Source: the human T2T-CHM13v2.0 reference genome, Homo sapiens. Taken from it: 64,000 bases of DNA. The position numbers and the translations under genes are program-made. Below are positions 43,555 through 64,000 of the stretch, in pieces. The notes beneath the pieces were generated by a model that ran no database searches, had not been told where the DNA came from, and was given only the letters and a program-made list of their open reading frames with translations. Every line of letters starts with the position of its first letter. Position 1 is the stretch's first letter. The stretch lies in NCBI RefSeq assembly GCF_009914755.1, contig NC_060945.1, one strand, 5' to 3'.

Positions 43555-44290
43555 TCATGTCTTCCATCACATGTATTTCTTGAATGCCTGCTATGTGTCA
43601 GACACGTGCTATGAGGTAGAAATAGAGTTTTGAACAATATCAATGAAACAGACCTACTTATTACCTTTAATGAGTTCACAATATAGAAAAATAGACAAAA
43701 TTTAAAAAACCCTCAACAATAAATTAGCATTATCACAAACTTTGATATGTGCTTTCTAGGAAAAATCACATTCTTTTGAGAGTAAGGGGACCTGACCTTA
43801 CCTAGGTAGTTACTAAGACTTGACATAAAACGTAATAATTAATTCAAATCCAAAAAAAGGAATAGGCGTCAATTAAAGGAGGAAAGGAAGGGTGGGTATA
43901 TTTCAGGCAGAGAGAAGACTGTGTGTAAGGAAATTGTGAATGAAGGAAGCACAGTATGTCTACAAAATAAACTTAAACAAGGGATTTGGGGCTAGAGTGC
44001 TGAAAGCCTGGGGATTGAGAAGCCCAAAGTGTAGTCTGGAGCTAGGTATATAGAGTTTTGTAGTTCATAGTGGAGTTTTCTTTCTTTCCTTCCTTCCTTC
44101 TTTCCTTCCTTCCTTCCTTCCTTCCTTCCTTCCTTCCTTCCTTCCTTCCTTCCTTCCTTCCTTTTCCTTCCTCCAGGGTGGATTCAGGGTGAGACATGGA
44201 GACAGTTTAAGAGGTAAACTCAACAAAATTTGGTGATGGGTTAAATATGAAAAATGAAAGGGCCTGAAAATTAAGTGCTTCCTGTTCACA
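43555..44290 (-). mobile_element. L2 relic
   Basis: tatttcttgaatgcctgctatgtgtcagacac...tttcaggcagagagaagactgtgtgtaagg. Confidence 0.65.
44076..44172. repeat. (TTCC)n polypyrimidine microsatellite
   Basis: Direct read. Confidence 0.95.
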
Positions 44291-44334
44291 AATAACCATT
44301 ATCTCTTGCTTTAATAACATTCACTTTAACCTAA

Positions 44335-44880
<546 letters not shown>

Positions 44881-45740
44881 CATTCAGGTTCATGGCCAAC
44901 CACCTAGATATTACATTTCTCAGATTACAACTTCTTTGCAGTTGATGTGTTCTTGTGACTAATTCTGGCCAGTGGTATGTGAGCAGTAATATGTGCCACT
45001 GCTTGGATCATATGTTTTATTCCCTGCCTTTTCCCCTTTTCCACTAAGAGATGATGAGCAGTGGAGCAGCTGCCTTAAACCCAGAAGTGGACGTTGTGTG
45101 CTGAAGGTAGCAGGGCTGGCTGCTCCAACAACCTGAAACCACTTATTTAGAAACAATGTAAAAAAGATATGTGCTTTTGTGTTATTTATTTAACCTATAC
45201 CAAATTAGGGACTATTTGTTACAGCATATTAAACTCTTCCCTACTTAAAGTATGAAACTGTCATAGAATACTTCTCTTTTTTTGGAGTACAGAAATGGAG
45301 GCATGAGGGGGCCATTCACTAGGAAGAGGAAATGCAGAAGAGGGAGAGTTTGGGAAACAATCGTGGAGTTAGTTATAAACGAGATAAGTTGAGATGACTT
45401 TAAAGCACTCAGGTAGCGATGTATATATGGGTATGCAGCTGAATAAAAAGAGATACAGCTGAAGCCATAAGTAAACTCTTTCATTATTACAGTTTTAATA
45501 CCAGCTTCACAGCAAATGAAAAAATATACGTTGTTCTGAAATAGCTTGTAATAATATCAAGTGCTAAAGGATAGGTTCTCCCCTGAATTTTATTAACTTC
45601 CAACATTTATCTAAAAATACATTTTAAGATTATGAATGTTTGAAATAGATTATCCCATTTTATTTTATATTTGTGAATAAACACTTGTTTCTAAAAAGCT
45701 AGCCTTTGAAAAGCTAGTTTAGAAATTTATGTCAGAAGAA

Positions 45741-49140
<3,400 letters not shown>

Positions 49141-49194
49141 AGAAATTTATGTCAGAAGAATTCCCTGATTTAGTGAGATTAGGTTATTGGTAAT

Positions 49195-49736
49195 TATATT
49201 AGTTATCTACTGATGCATAACAAATTACTCCCAAAATGTAGTGAGTTTAAACAAGGAACATTTGTTATCTCATAGTTTGCATGGCCCAGGAATCTGGGCA
49301 CAACTTAAATGGGAGCCTGAGGCTCAAAGTCTATCAGGAGGTTGTCAGTAAGCTGCAGGTCACATCTCAAAACTCAACTGGGGCTCAAAGATCTGTTTCC
49401 AAGCTCTTTGAGTGGTAATCAGACAGCTTTAGTTCCTTGAAGCCTGTTGAATTGAGGCACTTATTATTCACTATGCTACAGGGGGCTTTCCACAGGGCTG
49501 CTAACGACATGGCAGCTTGCTTCCCCCAGCATGAGTAATGAGAGAAAGAGACACTGCAGAAGGAAGGTACAGCCTCCTTAAAATCGTATCATGGACGTGC
49601 CATCCCATCACCTCTGCAGTATTCTAGTCATTAAAAATGAATCTGTAAGCTCAGCCCACTCAAGGGGAGATTATATAAGGATCAGAATATCTGCGGCAGA
49701 AATTATTGGAGGCCATTTTAGAGGCTGACTACCACA
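49195..49736 (-). mobile_element. MLT1F/G-like MaLR solo LTR
   Basis: tatattagttatctactgatgcataacaaattact ... gaggctgactaccaca; perfect TSD gtaat at 49190-49194 and 49737-49741. Confidence 0.82.
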
Positions 49737-49757
49737 GTAATCAATAATGATCCTAAT

Positions 49758-52938
<3,181 letters not shown>

Positions 52939-53250
52939 GCATGTTCCTAATAATATTAATATAGATTTATAGCCTTACTTCAATTCTCCCAGTTTTCAAT
53001 TTTGAACAGTTTCAATCAATACTAAATTTAAATATACATACACACATATTATGGTAAGCATTTTGTAGAACACAAATATAAAATAAGTCATGGGACATGT
53101 CCTCTAATAGTTTCTGTTAAAACATGTGGGCTACTTACTTCCCAATTTGAAACTTTATATTACTTTTTGAGCTCATGTAAGGTATAGATAGGTACAGCTA
53201 CAGAGATATATAAGATAAGATATAGATATAGGTATACATGATATAGGTAA

Positions 53251-53283
<33 letters not shown>

Positions 53284-53308
53284 ATATATATATATGCACA
53301 TATATATA
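53251..53308. repeat. (GT)n(TA)n microsatellite
   Basis: Direct read. Confidence 0.93.
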
Positions 53309-53381
53309 TTTTCCACATGACAAAATGGGGTATGAGAGAGAAAATACTACATTTTTTCTTACATGAAGATAAATCAAATAA

Positions 53382-53702
<321 letters not shown>

Positions 53703-54764
53703 AAATAATGTCTTAATATTTATTGTTATTAGAACATTTACAGTGTCAAATATAAACAGTTACATCATATTTAAGAATTGATGTTTTTAATGTTCACCAA
53801 TAAACATTTTTATTCTTAAAAAATGGGAATTAAATTTTTTTTAATATGAAGATGAAGAATGTAACACACTTTTGTGTTTCATATATTTACAGTGAAATTC
53901 AGGCGGTGAGTAATGATAAGCCTCTGCAAAGCTTCTTAAAAAATTCATTGCAGATATGATCCCATTTGTTAAGTATTAAGATTAATAAAAAAGCAATTAA
54001 ATTAGGATAATTAACACAAAATTCAGTATTCATGCTCAGTAGGGTTACTCTATACTGGATTGTAATTGAAAACTGACATCTTCTTAGCCAGCGTACTAAC
54101 TAAGGGCTTTTATTTTATCTTGAGAAGATTACCTATCAGTATAAATCCAGAGATTAGAAAACTCTTCGTAATTACACAAATTGCCTCTGTAATATCATGT
54201 CAGTTTGAATGTTACACAAAGATAGAGCAACAAGGCTAAAAAATTAAAATAAACAGCCATTCTACTGCTGGAGAAAAGTCTATTAAAAGGTCATACTCTG
54301 TCCTCTACTAAGAAAATATCAAAGAGTTTCAATTCTTTATTGATCAACTCATTTCCATGATGTGAATTGCTATAAACTATTGACATAGGTAAAAGGGAAA
54401 AGATAAATTTAAATGTTCAAATAAATGATTATGCTACTCCCATCCAAATATAAAACATTTCCTATACCATTGTTTTGTTTATCCTACATATCAAACTACT
54501 GTATATGATGAGAGAGTCCATAGGAGCATCTTATATATCAGCACTACTGTCAAAATGTATACTCTATCAACAGTCATATTTAAAATCATTGTCCTACAAT
54601 TTAAACAATAATCATGTAGAAATAACTGAGTAAAGTGTTAACTCATTAGGTAGAGTTAATGGAATAGGCAAAAGATTCTTGGGCAGGTAGAGAATTTCTC
54701 ACAGCTTGTCTAAGATGAGCAAAAAATAATTGCACCATTGTTTGGATATATAATATCCAATATT

Positions 54765-54925
54765 CATTCATCAAGATTCCAGCAAACGTTGGTTAAGCTT
54801 TTCTTATGCAACAGATACTGTTCTAAGCACTCTGTGGGATACAAGGATAAATAAAAAGATGATAATATAAGAAGTGATGCATGAAGCACACTGCTTATAA
54901 TGTCATAGAACCTAACCTCAAATAG
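54765..54925 (-). mobile_element. L2 3' end
   Basis: tcattcatcaagattccagcaaacgttggttaag...gatactgttctaagcactctgtgggatac. Confidence 0.65.
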
Positions 54926-55399
54926 TGTATAATACAACATGAGCATTATTTATTTCCCACTTCGAAACTATATTACTTTTTGGAGCTCAGATAAGAAACT
55001 ATTAAGGGAATTTCCCTTCATAAGTCAGCATCTTTCTTTTTCCTCTGCTAGAAATCATGCAAAAGTTGCAATGATAATAAAGACCTCTCTAACTGCATTT
55101 TCAGGAAAACTAGAACGCAGAATTGAAGAGTTAAATATAAGAAATTGCAGGAAATAATATGAGAGTTATAAAATTGATCAGTGGCAGCATATTTCAGAAA
55201 GCATCAGCAAAAGTATATTTCCTGAAGGTGAGTGTGGCTCACTGTGAATTGTGAAATTATATCTCTTTTTTTTTGCATTAATGGAAGTGGGAACTGGTCT
55301 GAGCAGTGCTGATGACAAGTCTGCCCCCATCCCTATCCAAAGTCATTTGGATGAAGAGAACACAGGTGAGAGGGTTACACAAAACTCTCCCAGAAGAGA

Positions 55400-57000
55400 C
55401 ATTTTAGCAACAAAGCAACAAACAATCGAGAGATATATTTGTCAGCAGAGGAAAGAAAATTTGGACTTTGAAATCTAGAAGATCCTCTGGAATATCTAAC
55501 CCTAAAGAAACCTCCTGCAAATAGCTTGCCCAGGAAAATTTCAACTCATTCAGTGATGAGTAATATGAAAGGGACTGGAACTGCATCCATACACTGATAG
55601 TACACAAAATGAAGCACAATGCGCACCACAGAGTCAAAACATTGTCATGGTGCCTGTGATAGTTAGGGACAAATATCTCAGCATATATTGAGAAAAACAA
55701 CCTCATTAAACAACAGCCTTCATGGCGTTAGACTGGAAACACAAATAGAGAACTCAGGCAAGAGATGTCGAGGAAGATGTGAGCTGAGTTTTGATCTGTC
55801 TTATCTCAGAAAAAAAAAGTAGATAATATGAATTTTTGCAAAAATATAGGGAAAGAAGACCACAAAGAAAAATTGTTGCTATAAAAAATATAGTGAGATG
55901 GAGAATAGAAAACTAAAATATGAAAGAAAAAGACAAAAATAACTTAAAATGTTAGCTATTTAAATTAGGTAGTATAGGCATAATTGGAGTCCCTGTTGAA
56001 GGAAGCGAAATAAGAAAACCAAATAATGGAAAACTATATAGAAAGGTATAATTTTTAAAAAATTCATGGACAATCACAAATGAACAAATATGGTACGATT
56101 ACACTTATGTGGAATAAAAGAATCAAATTCATAGAAAGTAAAATGGTGGATGGTGGTTGCCAGGCGCTGTGGGGAAGAGGAAATGAAGAGTTATTGTTTA
56201 GTGGGTATGGAGTTTCAGTTTGGGAAGATGACAAATTCTTCAGACAGATGCTACTGATGATTGCACAACAATGTGAAGGTACTTAATGTCACTGAACTGT
56301 ATACTGAAAAAAGATTAAAGTGGTAAACTTTATGTTATGTGTATTTTGCCACCAAAAAAAAAATTCATGAAAGAAGAACAGACTTGACTTTTCATAAGAA
56401 AAAGGATCACCTTCTGGTATAGAAAACTGACCTAGAGCAGGCCAAGACATAGTCTATCAAAAATGTTGGACATTAAAGATAGACAGGCAAAATATTAAGA
56501 CAGTTGTAGGGGGGAAGCAAATAAGTCTAGCCTCAGATTTCTCTATGGAAATTGTCAACACCAGAAGTCAGTGGAACAACATCTAAAAGATACTTAAGGA
56601 TAGGAAGCATGAACCCAGGATTTTGTATGCAGACGAGCGATACTCAAGTATAAAGTTACAGATCATTGTTTTAAATATGCAAGAAACTGGGAATTTTATT
56701 CCCAAGAGACCATCTTAAGACAAACACTAGAGGAAGAGACTTCAGCTCATTAGGAAAGATTGATAAAAACATGACAAAAGAACTGGCAGAAAACTTTGAA
56801 TATGTTTGACTGTAAAATAAATGTGACAATTATGGTTAAGTGAGAGAAGGCAAAGGTATATTCTCTGACAATGAAGAAATAATAAGAGAAAAAGTAGGAA
56901 AGAGAAGGTAGGAAAAGACTGAAAGAAGAATAATTTTCTGATTGTCTCATCTTGGAGTCAAAGAAGGTCATTTACAGTTGACCAATAAAATACAAATACA
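55400..57000 (+). mobile_element. HAL1 / ancient L1 ORF1-like relic
   Basis: ataattggagtccctg, gcctcagatttctc, aacaccagaagtcagtggaacaac, gaacccaggattttgtat are ORF1-type nucleotide motifs. Confidence 0.6.
56069..56357 (+). mobile_element. L1MB-like 3' fragment inserted into the HAL1
   Basis: ggtggttgccagg...ggagtttcagtttgggaagatga...gtcactgaactgtatac; TSD aaaaaattcatg at 56057-56068 and 56358-56369. Confidence 0.85.
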
Positions 57001-57544
57001 GAGAATATATATTTGCAATGTTACACATTTATATTTTACCTAATTGTTAGAATAATGCACAAAATCAGGAGTTAAAACCATAACTAATTTTCAAGAATCT
57101 GCGGTTTGGCTGAGGCAGCTCTGCCTCAGGAGGCAAGTCTGTGGCTCCAAGTCTTCTTTATGTGGCTGTAACTCTTTTGGAGATAGAAACTAGCTAACCA
57201 GGCGTGATTTTATGCTGATGATAGAGGCTCAAGAGACCAAGTGGAAACACATAATGCTTCTTCCCTCTTAACATTGAAATGACCGTCACTTTTCTGAGCT
57301 CACTTTTTTTTTTTTTGTAATACCTTCTCATACATAACCAAAAGCAACCAAAACATGCTTCTGACATTCTAGAACCATCTTGTTCAACCTTCCATTCTGC
57401 CTGAAATCACAAGATGATTGGCTGCATTTTATAATTTTTGATCTAAAGTAAGTAAACCTTTTGCTGTCTACCTTTTATAAACTTTTAACCGTGTGAGTAT
57501 AGTGGCTTTACAAAAAATTAAAAAATACTATTTAGAGGGAGAGC

Positions 57545-57740
57545 ATGATTTTGGGAAATAAATTAAACCATTAAACAGAATATTCGGGTTTTGGTTCAGA
57601 TTCAGTTACTAACTTGCTTGTGACTGTAGATGAGCCACTTAATCCCCTGAGCTTAGTTCCCTCATCTGTAAAAATGATGGGGTTGGATTAGGCAATCTTC
57701 AAGTTTCTTCCTCCTTTAATATTCGGTGGGTCTATGATTT
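57545..57740 (+). mobile_element. MIR (MIR3/MIRc-like)
   Basis: gagccacttaatcccctgagcttagttccctcatctgtaaaaatga. Confidence 0.8.
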
Positions 57741-58003
57741 AATACAGTGTTCACCAAACTGTGGCCCAGGAAAATAGCTCTGGAGTCCAGCCATTATTCC
57801 ATCTTTTTATCGGCACTTCCGTCCTCTGCTTTCCTGAAACACAGGAATAATGAATAACTGTTTTCCCAATCCTAAAATTATATAATTCAAGTCATGTAAA
57901 GGATAAATATTAGGAAACTCAAGAAACAGCATGCTTTCAAAGGCATTCAAAACAAATGATGACAGGAAAATTCCCTAAAAGACTTACATTGAACCATTGT
58001 TTT

Positions 58004-58322
58004 ATCTGTTTTTTGTTTTGTTTTGTTTTGTTTGAGACAGAATCTCGCTCTGCCGCCCAGACTGAAGTGCCGTGGTGTGAACTTGGCTCACTGCAACCTC
58101 CACTTCTGGGTTCAAGAGATTCTCCTGCCTCAGCCTCCCAAATAGCTAGGATTACATGCATGTGCCACCACTACTGGCATACATATATATATATAGTAGT
58201 TTTAGTAGAGACGGGGTTTCACCATTTTGGCCAGGCTGGTCTTGAACTCCTGACCTCCAGTGATCTGCCTGCCTCAGCCTCCCAAAGTGCTGGATTACAG
58301 GGGTGAGTCACTGCACCTGGCC
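58004..58322 (-). mobile_element. AluS (Sx/Sz-like) with a (TA)n-converted linker
   Basis: gcaacctcc, ggttcaagagattctcc, ggccaggctggtcttgaactcctgacctccagtgatc. Confidence 0.9.
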
Positions 58323-60842
58323 TGAACTGTGATTTTAGACATCATAGAAATAGTAATAAAATCATGAACATATTTTAACATATGCATTTAATATAAATCT
58401 ACAAAAATTACCTTTTCTTCATGTATAGATTACAATATGGAATTTGGGTAAACCCCAGGAAATTTTCTGTTCATTGTAAGATTAAGCTCAATTAAAGCTG
58501 AGAGTGAAATATTTCTTCCCCCTGTTGTCTAGCAATTCATGATTAACATGACTTATGTTAATCTTACAGTTATGTGCCTACATTCTGTGTCCTATCTCTG
58601 CATCTTATAGAAAGTAAGATACCACTTACTTCCTCAGTAACTTCCACACACACTACAGCACTGTGTACACGTATGTGCTCTAATATGGTTCTATTTTGAC
58701 TGGCCCATGACATGAGGAAACAGATGAGGCGGCAGGGCAGATGTAGCCCTCTTAGATGACGAAGAATTCTAAATTCCCCCTCATTAATATAAATGAACAA
58801 ATGAAGAAAATAGGCAAAGTAGGCAAAGTTTTTCTGTCCATTATGTTAGCAGCCTTTTCCAAAGTGAATCAATGTCCCAGGTCTGAGAACCTACATTTAT
58901 ACAGTGAAAATATTTGCACAATCAAAAATATAACAGTGGTATTTTTTGCTCTCCTATCCAAGGAGGATTTGATACCCAGATATTTCCCTTAACAAGAAGG
59001 GAAGGATGACTGTGCCTCTTTGTCTCAAAACGCAGGTTGAATGAAGCTGTGGAGAGTAAGATTGCAACATTCAGTGCAATCTCCATACATCCTCTGGACA
59101 CATGGAATATGCCTAGCTGGTGTGCCATTTTAGTAGTGTCTTACTACATTTCTTCTTTCATTAATCTAAGTGTACTTTTTGTTTTCCACAGGAACTTTCT
59201 GGAAACCACAATTTTTCTCATCTAAGAAATGATAGATTTCTTTCATATCTTGCACTGCAGTCAGAATCAGCATTCCTTAAATAAATGGTCTCACATAGTC
59301 CCAATTCTATATGATGACATCATCCTTGTTCCCTACACATGAAAGTATGTGTTTTGTGATTTTTTTAAAGTCAGTATCTCCTATGAAGCTGTATAAACCA
59401 CTAAAATCAGACTGGCAGAACTGAACTTTTTTTTTTTTCAGTCAGAGAAGGATCATGTAAATACAAACAAGATTCAGTTAGGGCAATAAAACTCCATCTC
59501 ATTTTTTTGTAGGTCTGAAACAGCTGCTTTATTATGTGAGCCAAGAGAAGTTTGGGTGGCTCTACTCAGAGGAATTCTGTCCTAATTATCCTCAATCATC
59601 ATGGATATCACCTGTTTTGACATCCTTGATTCAAAACTGGTCTTACTTCTTGATTAATTTTCTATTACAGAATTTGTGTTTGCATGAAGCACATCAATGA
59701 TACATAAAGTGTATCTGAATGTTATTTTATATGTATCTTCTCTACTCTTTTTATTGTGTTAAATGACCACATTATTCCTTTGTAAAACCTATTACAATTA
59801 TATCCAACTATAATAATGTAGTATAATATTATTAAAAGCAATCCCCCAAATGCAATACTACAGTAATGCTTTAACAAATTATTGTTTCTTCTCTCAAATT
59901 ATATAAGATTTTCACTGACTAAAAAAAAGTGCCTCCATTTCCTTAATTACATATATATTTTCTCTTGCTTTCGTCTTTCAAAAGTCATAAAATTGAACTG
60001 AAAATATCATTATTTGGATTAGTAGCCTTGTAGAAAAATGCTTTACAATATTACAATTTGGATTAGTTGTTTTTGGGAAACTGAAATCCCACCAGTTCCA
60101 AAACTATTGCTTTCACTCCTGAGAAATAACTGAAAATAAAATGCTATTTTACAGTGCTATTAAAATTGGGTAGGAGTTGATATGAGAAGTGAAATCAGTC
60201 GTTTTTCAAAGAAGACCAGAAACAAACACAAGAAAATCTAAGAGTTTAAAAATATTAAATATATTAGATTCATAAATTAATCATGACATTGGTCCAAGAG
60301 GACCTCAAACTAAAAATACATATTGTGCTTGTTCTACTCCTACTGACTCCCTGTTTTCCATTTCTAAGATGCTGTAGTATTATCTCAATAAAAAATTTTC
60401 TGGTTTTGTCAATTTTCTTTAATGTGGGAAATCATTATGATGTATATTTTCAAAGCATTTTGAATTTAAACTTAGGTACCCTGGTGTTTTCAGAGGTGAT
60501 ATAACCTTTGAGATATTGCTACATTACTATTTGTTATCACTTAAAACCACTCGATATTTCCTGGGATCTTGGATTCCAAAATTAATGAACCAGCTTAGCA
60601 AAATCATTGCAGATCACCAACAGCTGTTTTTATTTCACAGGACACCTAAGTTAGCAAAAGCCTTCTGGGGATTTCATATTGTCAGAAAGAGAACACAGCT
60701 TGTCTGGAATATCATCATGCCAGCCACCAAGTTCATAAAAAAACTCTAAGGCAGAAGAGAATACATCCTTTAACTCTTTTTGCCTCTGAAGTTGGAGAGG
60801 TGATTTGTTTTGGACTTGAGGTCCCGTAAAACAAGCAGACAA

Positions 60843-60958
60843 GATTGGGTGCGGTGGCTCATGCCTGTAATCTCAGCACTTTGGGAGGCCGAGGCAGGTG
60901 GATTATGAGGTCAGGAGATTGAGAGCATCCTGGCTAATATGGTGAAACCCCATCTCTA

Positions 60959-60999
<41 letters not shown>

Positions 61000-61119
61000 A
61001 GCCGGGTGTGGTGGCGGGTGCCTGTAGTCCCAGCTACTCCAGAGGCAACAGAGCAAGATTCCATCTCAAAAAAAAAAAAAAAACAAACAAACAAAAAAAA
61101 AAAACCAAGAAAAAAAAAA
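60843..61119 (+). mobile_element. AluY/Sc-like with an A37 linker and ~79-nt right-arm deletion
   Basis: gctactccagaggc joined directly to aacagagcaagattccatctc; TSD aagcagacaaga at 60833-60844 and 61120-61131. Confidence 0.9.
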
Positions 61120-61399
61120 AAGCAGACAAGAATAGTTTTTGAGACCTACATAACTTTTTTACCAAGTCTACTCATTCGTCATTCAACTTCAGGTGCAAGA
61201 CTCTGGATTTTGTGCAGTGTAAATATATAGAAAAAAAAACTACAAATTTTGTCCTGAAGGACCTATTAGCTTATGAATGGAAGTAATGAATTTACACAAA
61301 CACCTGGATAAATGGTGAAAACTAAACTCACCCAATTCCACTGGTACCAAACCTATGCCTTCTCATACATGCCCTGTTTTAGTAATGTTACCCACTCCC

Positions 61400-62110
61400 C
61401 TCAGAGACAGACACCTAGCAACCTTGCTAACTCCTTCTTCTGCCATTACCTTTCTATCCCTGCTACCCAAGTTTTAGATGAGAAATCAATCTCATTCCCT
61501 TTCCCCTCAATAATTGTCTGACTGGTTCCCCTCATTCCACAGCTTCTTCGAGATGACATTTCTAATATAAACATCTGATCACATTCCGTACTGATAACCT
61601 ACAAGCTAAGCTCCAAACTCTCATTTGGAAAGTAAGGTCTTTGCCATCTGACTCCTGACTGTCTCTCCCATCTTAGTCCTCATCACTTCCCTCCATGCCA
61701 TGCAAGTTCCAGCTACTCTGAGCTACTTAGTTATCCTCAAACATGTATTTAAGCACATGCCATCGCCTGTGTCCGTTCGTCTGGAATGTCTTGTGCCATC
61801 CCACTGTATACCCTGTGTGGTTCACTGTGAACTCATTCACCCTTCATTCTCAGTCCAAGCATCTTTTTCCTGTAATATATTTCATAATGCCTCAATAATT
61901 ATATAGCATTTTATCTACATAATAGTATCAGTTGTCCTATGCTTTCACTACCTTTCAACATGACATTGTATTTATTATCATGTCTGTCTCACCACGAATT
62001 TGTGAACTTCTTGATGGTAGAGACAATATGAATTTTTTTTCGTGTTCATATCCCCAGTTCTTAGTGCAATACTGAACACACAGTAAATACTCAATAACTA
62101 TTCAATTAAA
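61400..62110 (+). mobile_element. L2 3' region
   Basis: acatctgatcacattcc ... aacttcttgatggtagagac...cacacagtaaatactcaataacta. Confidence 0.7.
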
Positions 62111-64000
62111 AATACAATTATAAAGTAATAAGACAAGTCAGAACGTGGAAAATGCCATATCCCTAATAATAGTTAGATATGAGTTAAGAGAGAGTATATA
62201 AAGATGAGAAAAACAGGAAAAGCTTTATGGTGTATGTTGCACTTGAGCCAATCATAGAAGAATGCAAAGAATTTGCAAACACAAAAATGGAAGGGAGAAA
62301 AATTTAGCTTGGGGAATTGCATGACTGGTAACAGAAAGTTGAAAAAAATATTTGCTGTGTATGAGGAACTGGTTTGAATAGAGAATAAGGGCAAGAAAAA
62401 AATTATAATAAATAAGGTAGAAAAGTTACCTTAGAGAATAGATTCTTGGAGGTCATGAATATCCAGTTAAAAAGTATAAAATTCATATTTTATCTCTAAG
62501 AAATAAAGTATAAATATATTGAAAAATTGTCTTCACACACACATTGTATCAGGCAAGGGAACTATAATAAATTAAGTAGAAAAGTTAGCTTGGGAAAATA
62601 TGGAAGTCCACATACAATTATTTTTCTCTAGGAAATATGGATATATTAAAAGATAAATAGAGGATTCTGCTATAGTTTTTATATAAATACAGTTATAGAC
62701 ATTGACATTGATATCCTGGCAAATTAAGGCCAAACAATTAAATAGAATACAGACAGTGTAGAAGAATGATTTTGACAATCTGAATTTGGATAATTGAAAT
62801 TCAGAGTATATAAAATTTTAGGAGACATAATCTACATAATTTGGTACCTGGATAGAGGAAATAGGTAAGGAAAAGGGGAAAGACAAGGGAGAGAGATATC
62901 AGTCAAATAACCCATTGATTGAGCACCTCCTCTCTATTACCTTGTACCATTAATTTGCTTCCCTTGTATAAGCCAGATAAGTTTACTGAAAATGGGGCCC
63001 TTCATTATCTGTTCTGAAACTCTACCACTCAGTTGAGGGTGTGGTTTATTTGAGTTAATCAACAAATTTTGAATGGATCTAACTACAGTTGAATAGTTAA
63101 TAAGACTATGGCTTATGTTAAGTTTACCAGTCTTTGGTTTATCTTATGAAGGGTAGTCAACAATCAAATCTGTACACTGTGCCTTTTGAAGACCTGGGAC
63201 TACATAACATATAGCTCAATGGGTTCTTATAGTTCAGTGGCCCCTGCTGTTTAATCTTAATGCACATGGAAAAAAAAAATGTCAGCTTGAGGAAGAACTC
63301 TCTTATTGTAACAGTACATACACCGTTTTATGCTAAACATAGTGAGCCATACCATGTTTGCCAACAAATTATTCTTGGCAAAAATAGCAACAATTGTGTA
63401 TTTAAAGTTCCCCCCAAAATACTGTTTGTCGTTCAAATGATGAAATGTAAATTTAGAAAACCAAGGGAATTAAGACACTGAATCTTTTATGCCCTCTTTA
63501 TTACGTTTTCTCTGTGGAAAATAAACTGTGCTGTATAAAGTATCACCTTGAGAAAAAGGAATACAAAAATACTTTGGCTGCCACTTTACAAAAATTCTGT
63601 TAGCTACTTTTATTTGCACATTTTTTTCTTTTTTCTTTCCTAATGGTTTTCATTATAATTTAAATATATAGAGAAATTACCTCCCGGGATATACTAATCT
63701 TGAATACTTCCTTGTTATGTCTAGAATAGGTTATTACAAAGCTTCTAAAAATCCTTGATATTTCTAAGGAAATATAGGAACTACCAACAATTATGGTTTC
63801 CTCCCCGTTTTCTCTGTAAATTCTAAAGTAATTGGATAGCATTAGGCCAATAATTATCTAATTTGAATTTTTAAAATATCAAAGTTGTCAAGGAATTGTC
63901 TTTCTGCGATGTGGGGCATTGAAAGGAAACTTGTGAATTACTACCCTTCTTTTCTGTGTCTATACATGACAGGATCTACTGTTCCTACAGTTAATTCAGT

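Noticed and set aside
45688-45725. Imperfect hairpin (tttctaaa..ctagc / gctag..tttagaaa) at the L1 target site
   Set aside because: Short, AT-rich and bulged; compatible with chance.

Overview
Primate (most likely human) AT-rich, CpG-poor, repeat-dense non-coding DNA. I find no host protein-coding exon, CRISPR array or multi-gene system. All long ORFs are broken LINE-1 ORF2 pieces or Alu/microsatellite read-throughs. The window is a layered record of retrotransposition: about 10 L1 fragments (L1PA3/4 to L1M/HAL1), 9 Alus including a young AluYa4/Ya5-lineage copy, MaLR/ERVL solo LTRs, hAT DNA transposons, MIR/L2/L3 relics, a retroposed U1 snRNA and a tailless 5'-half tRNA-Arg(TCT) retrocopy. 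The most interesting signals are structural: (i) two inverted L1s ~26 kb apart that share four non-consensus bases, suggesting local gene conversion or an inversion-prone pair; (ii) a head-to-head L1-L1 junction at 21760/21761 with a tail at each outer end and no TSDs, implying lost DNA; (iii) the tRNA 5'-exon retrocopy; (iv) a 19-nt L1 3' transduction. Subfamily names come from remembered consensus sequences, not a RepeatMasker run. Boundaries of old elements are approximate.
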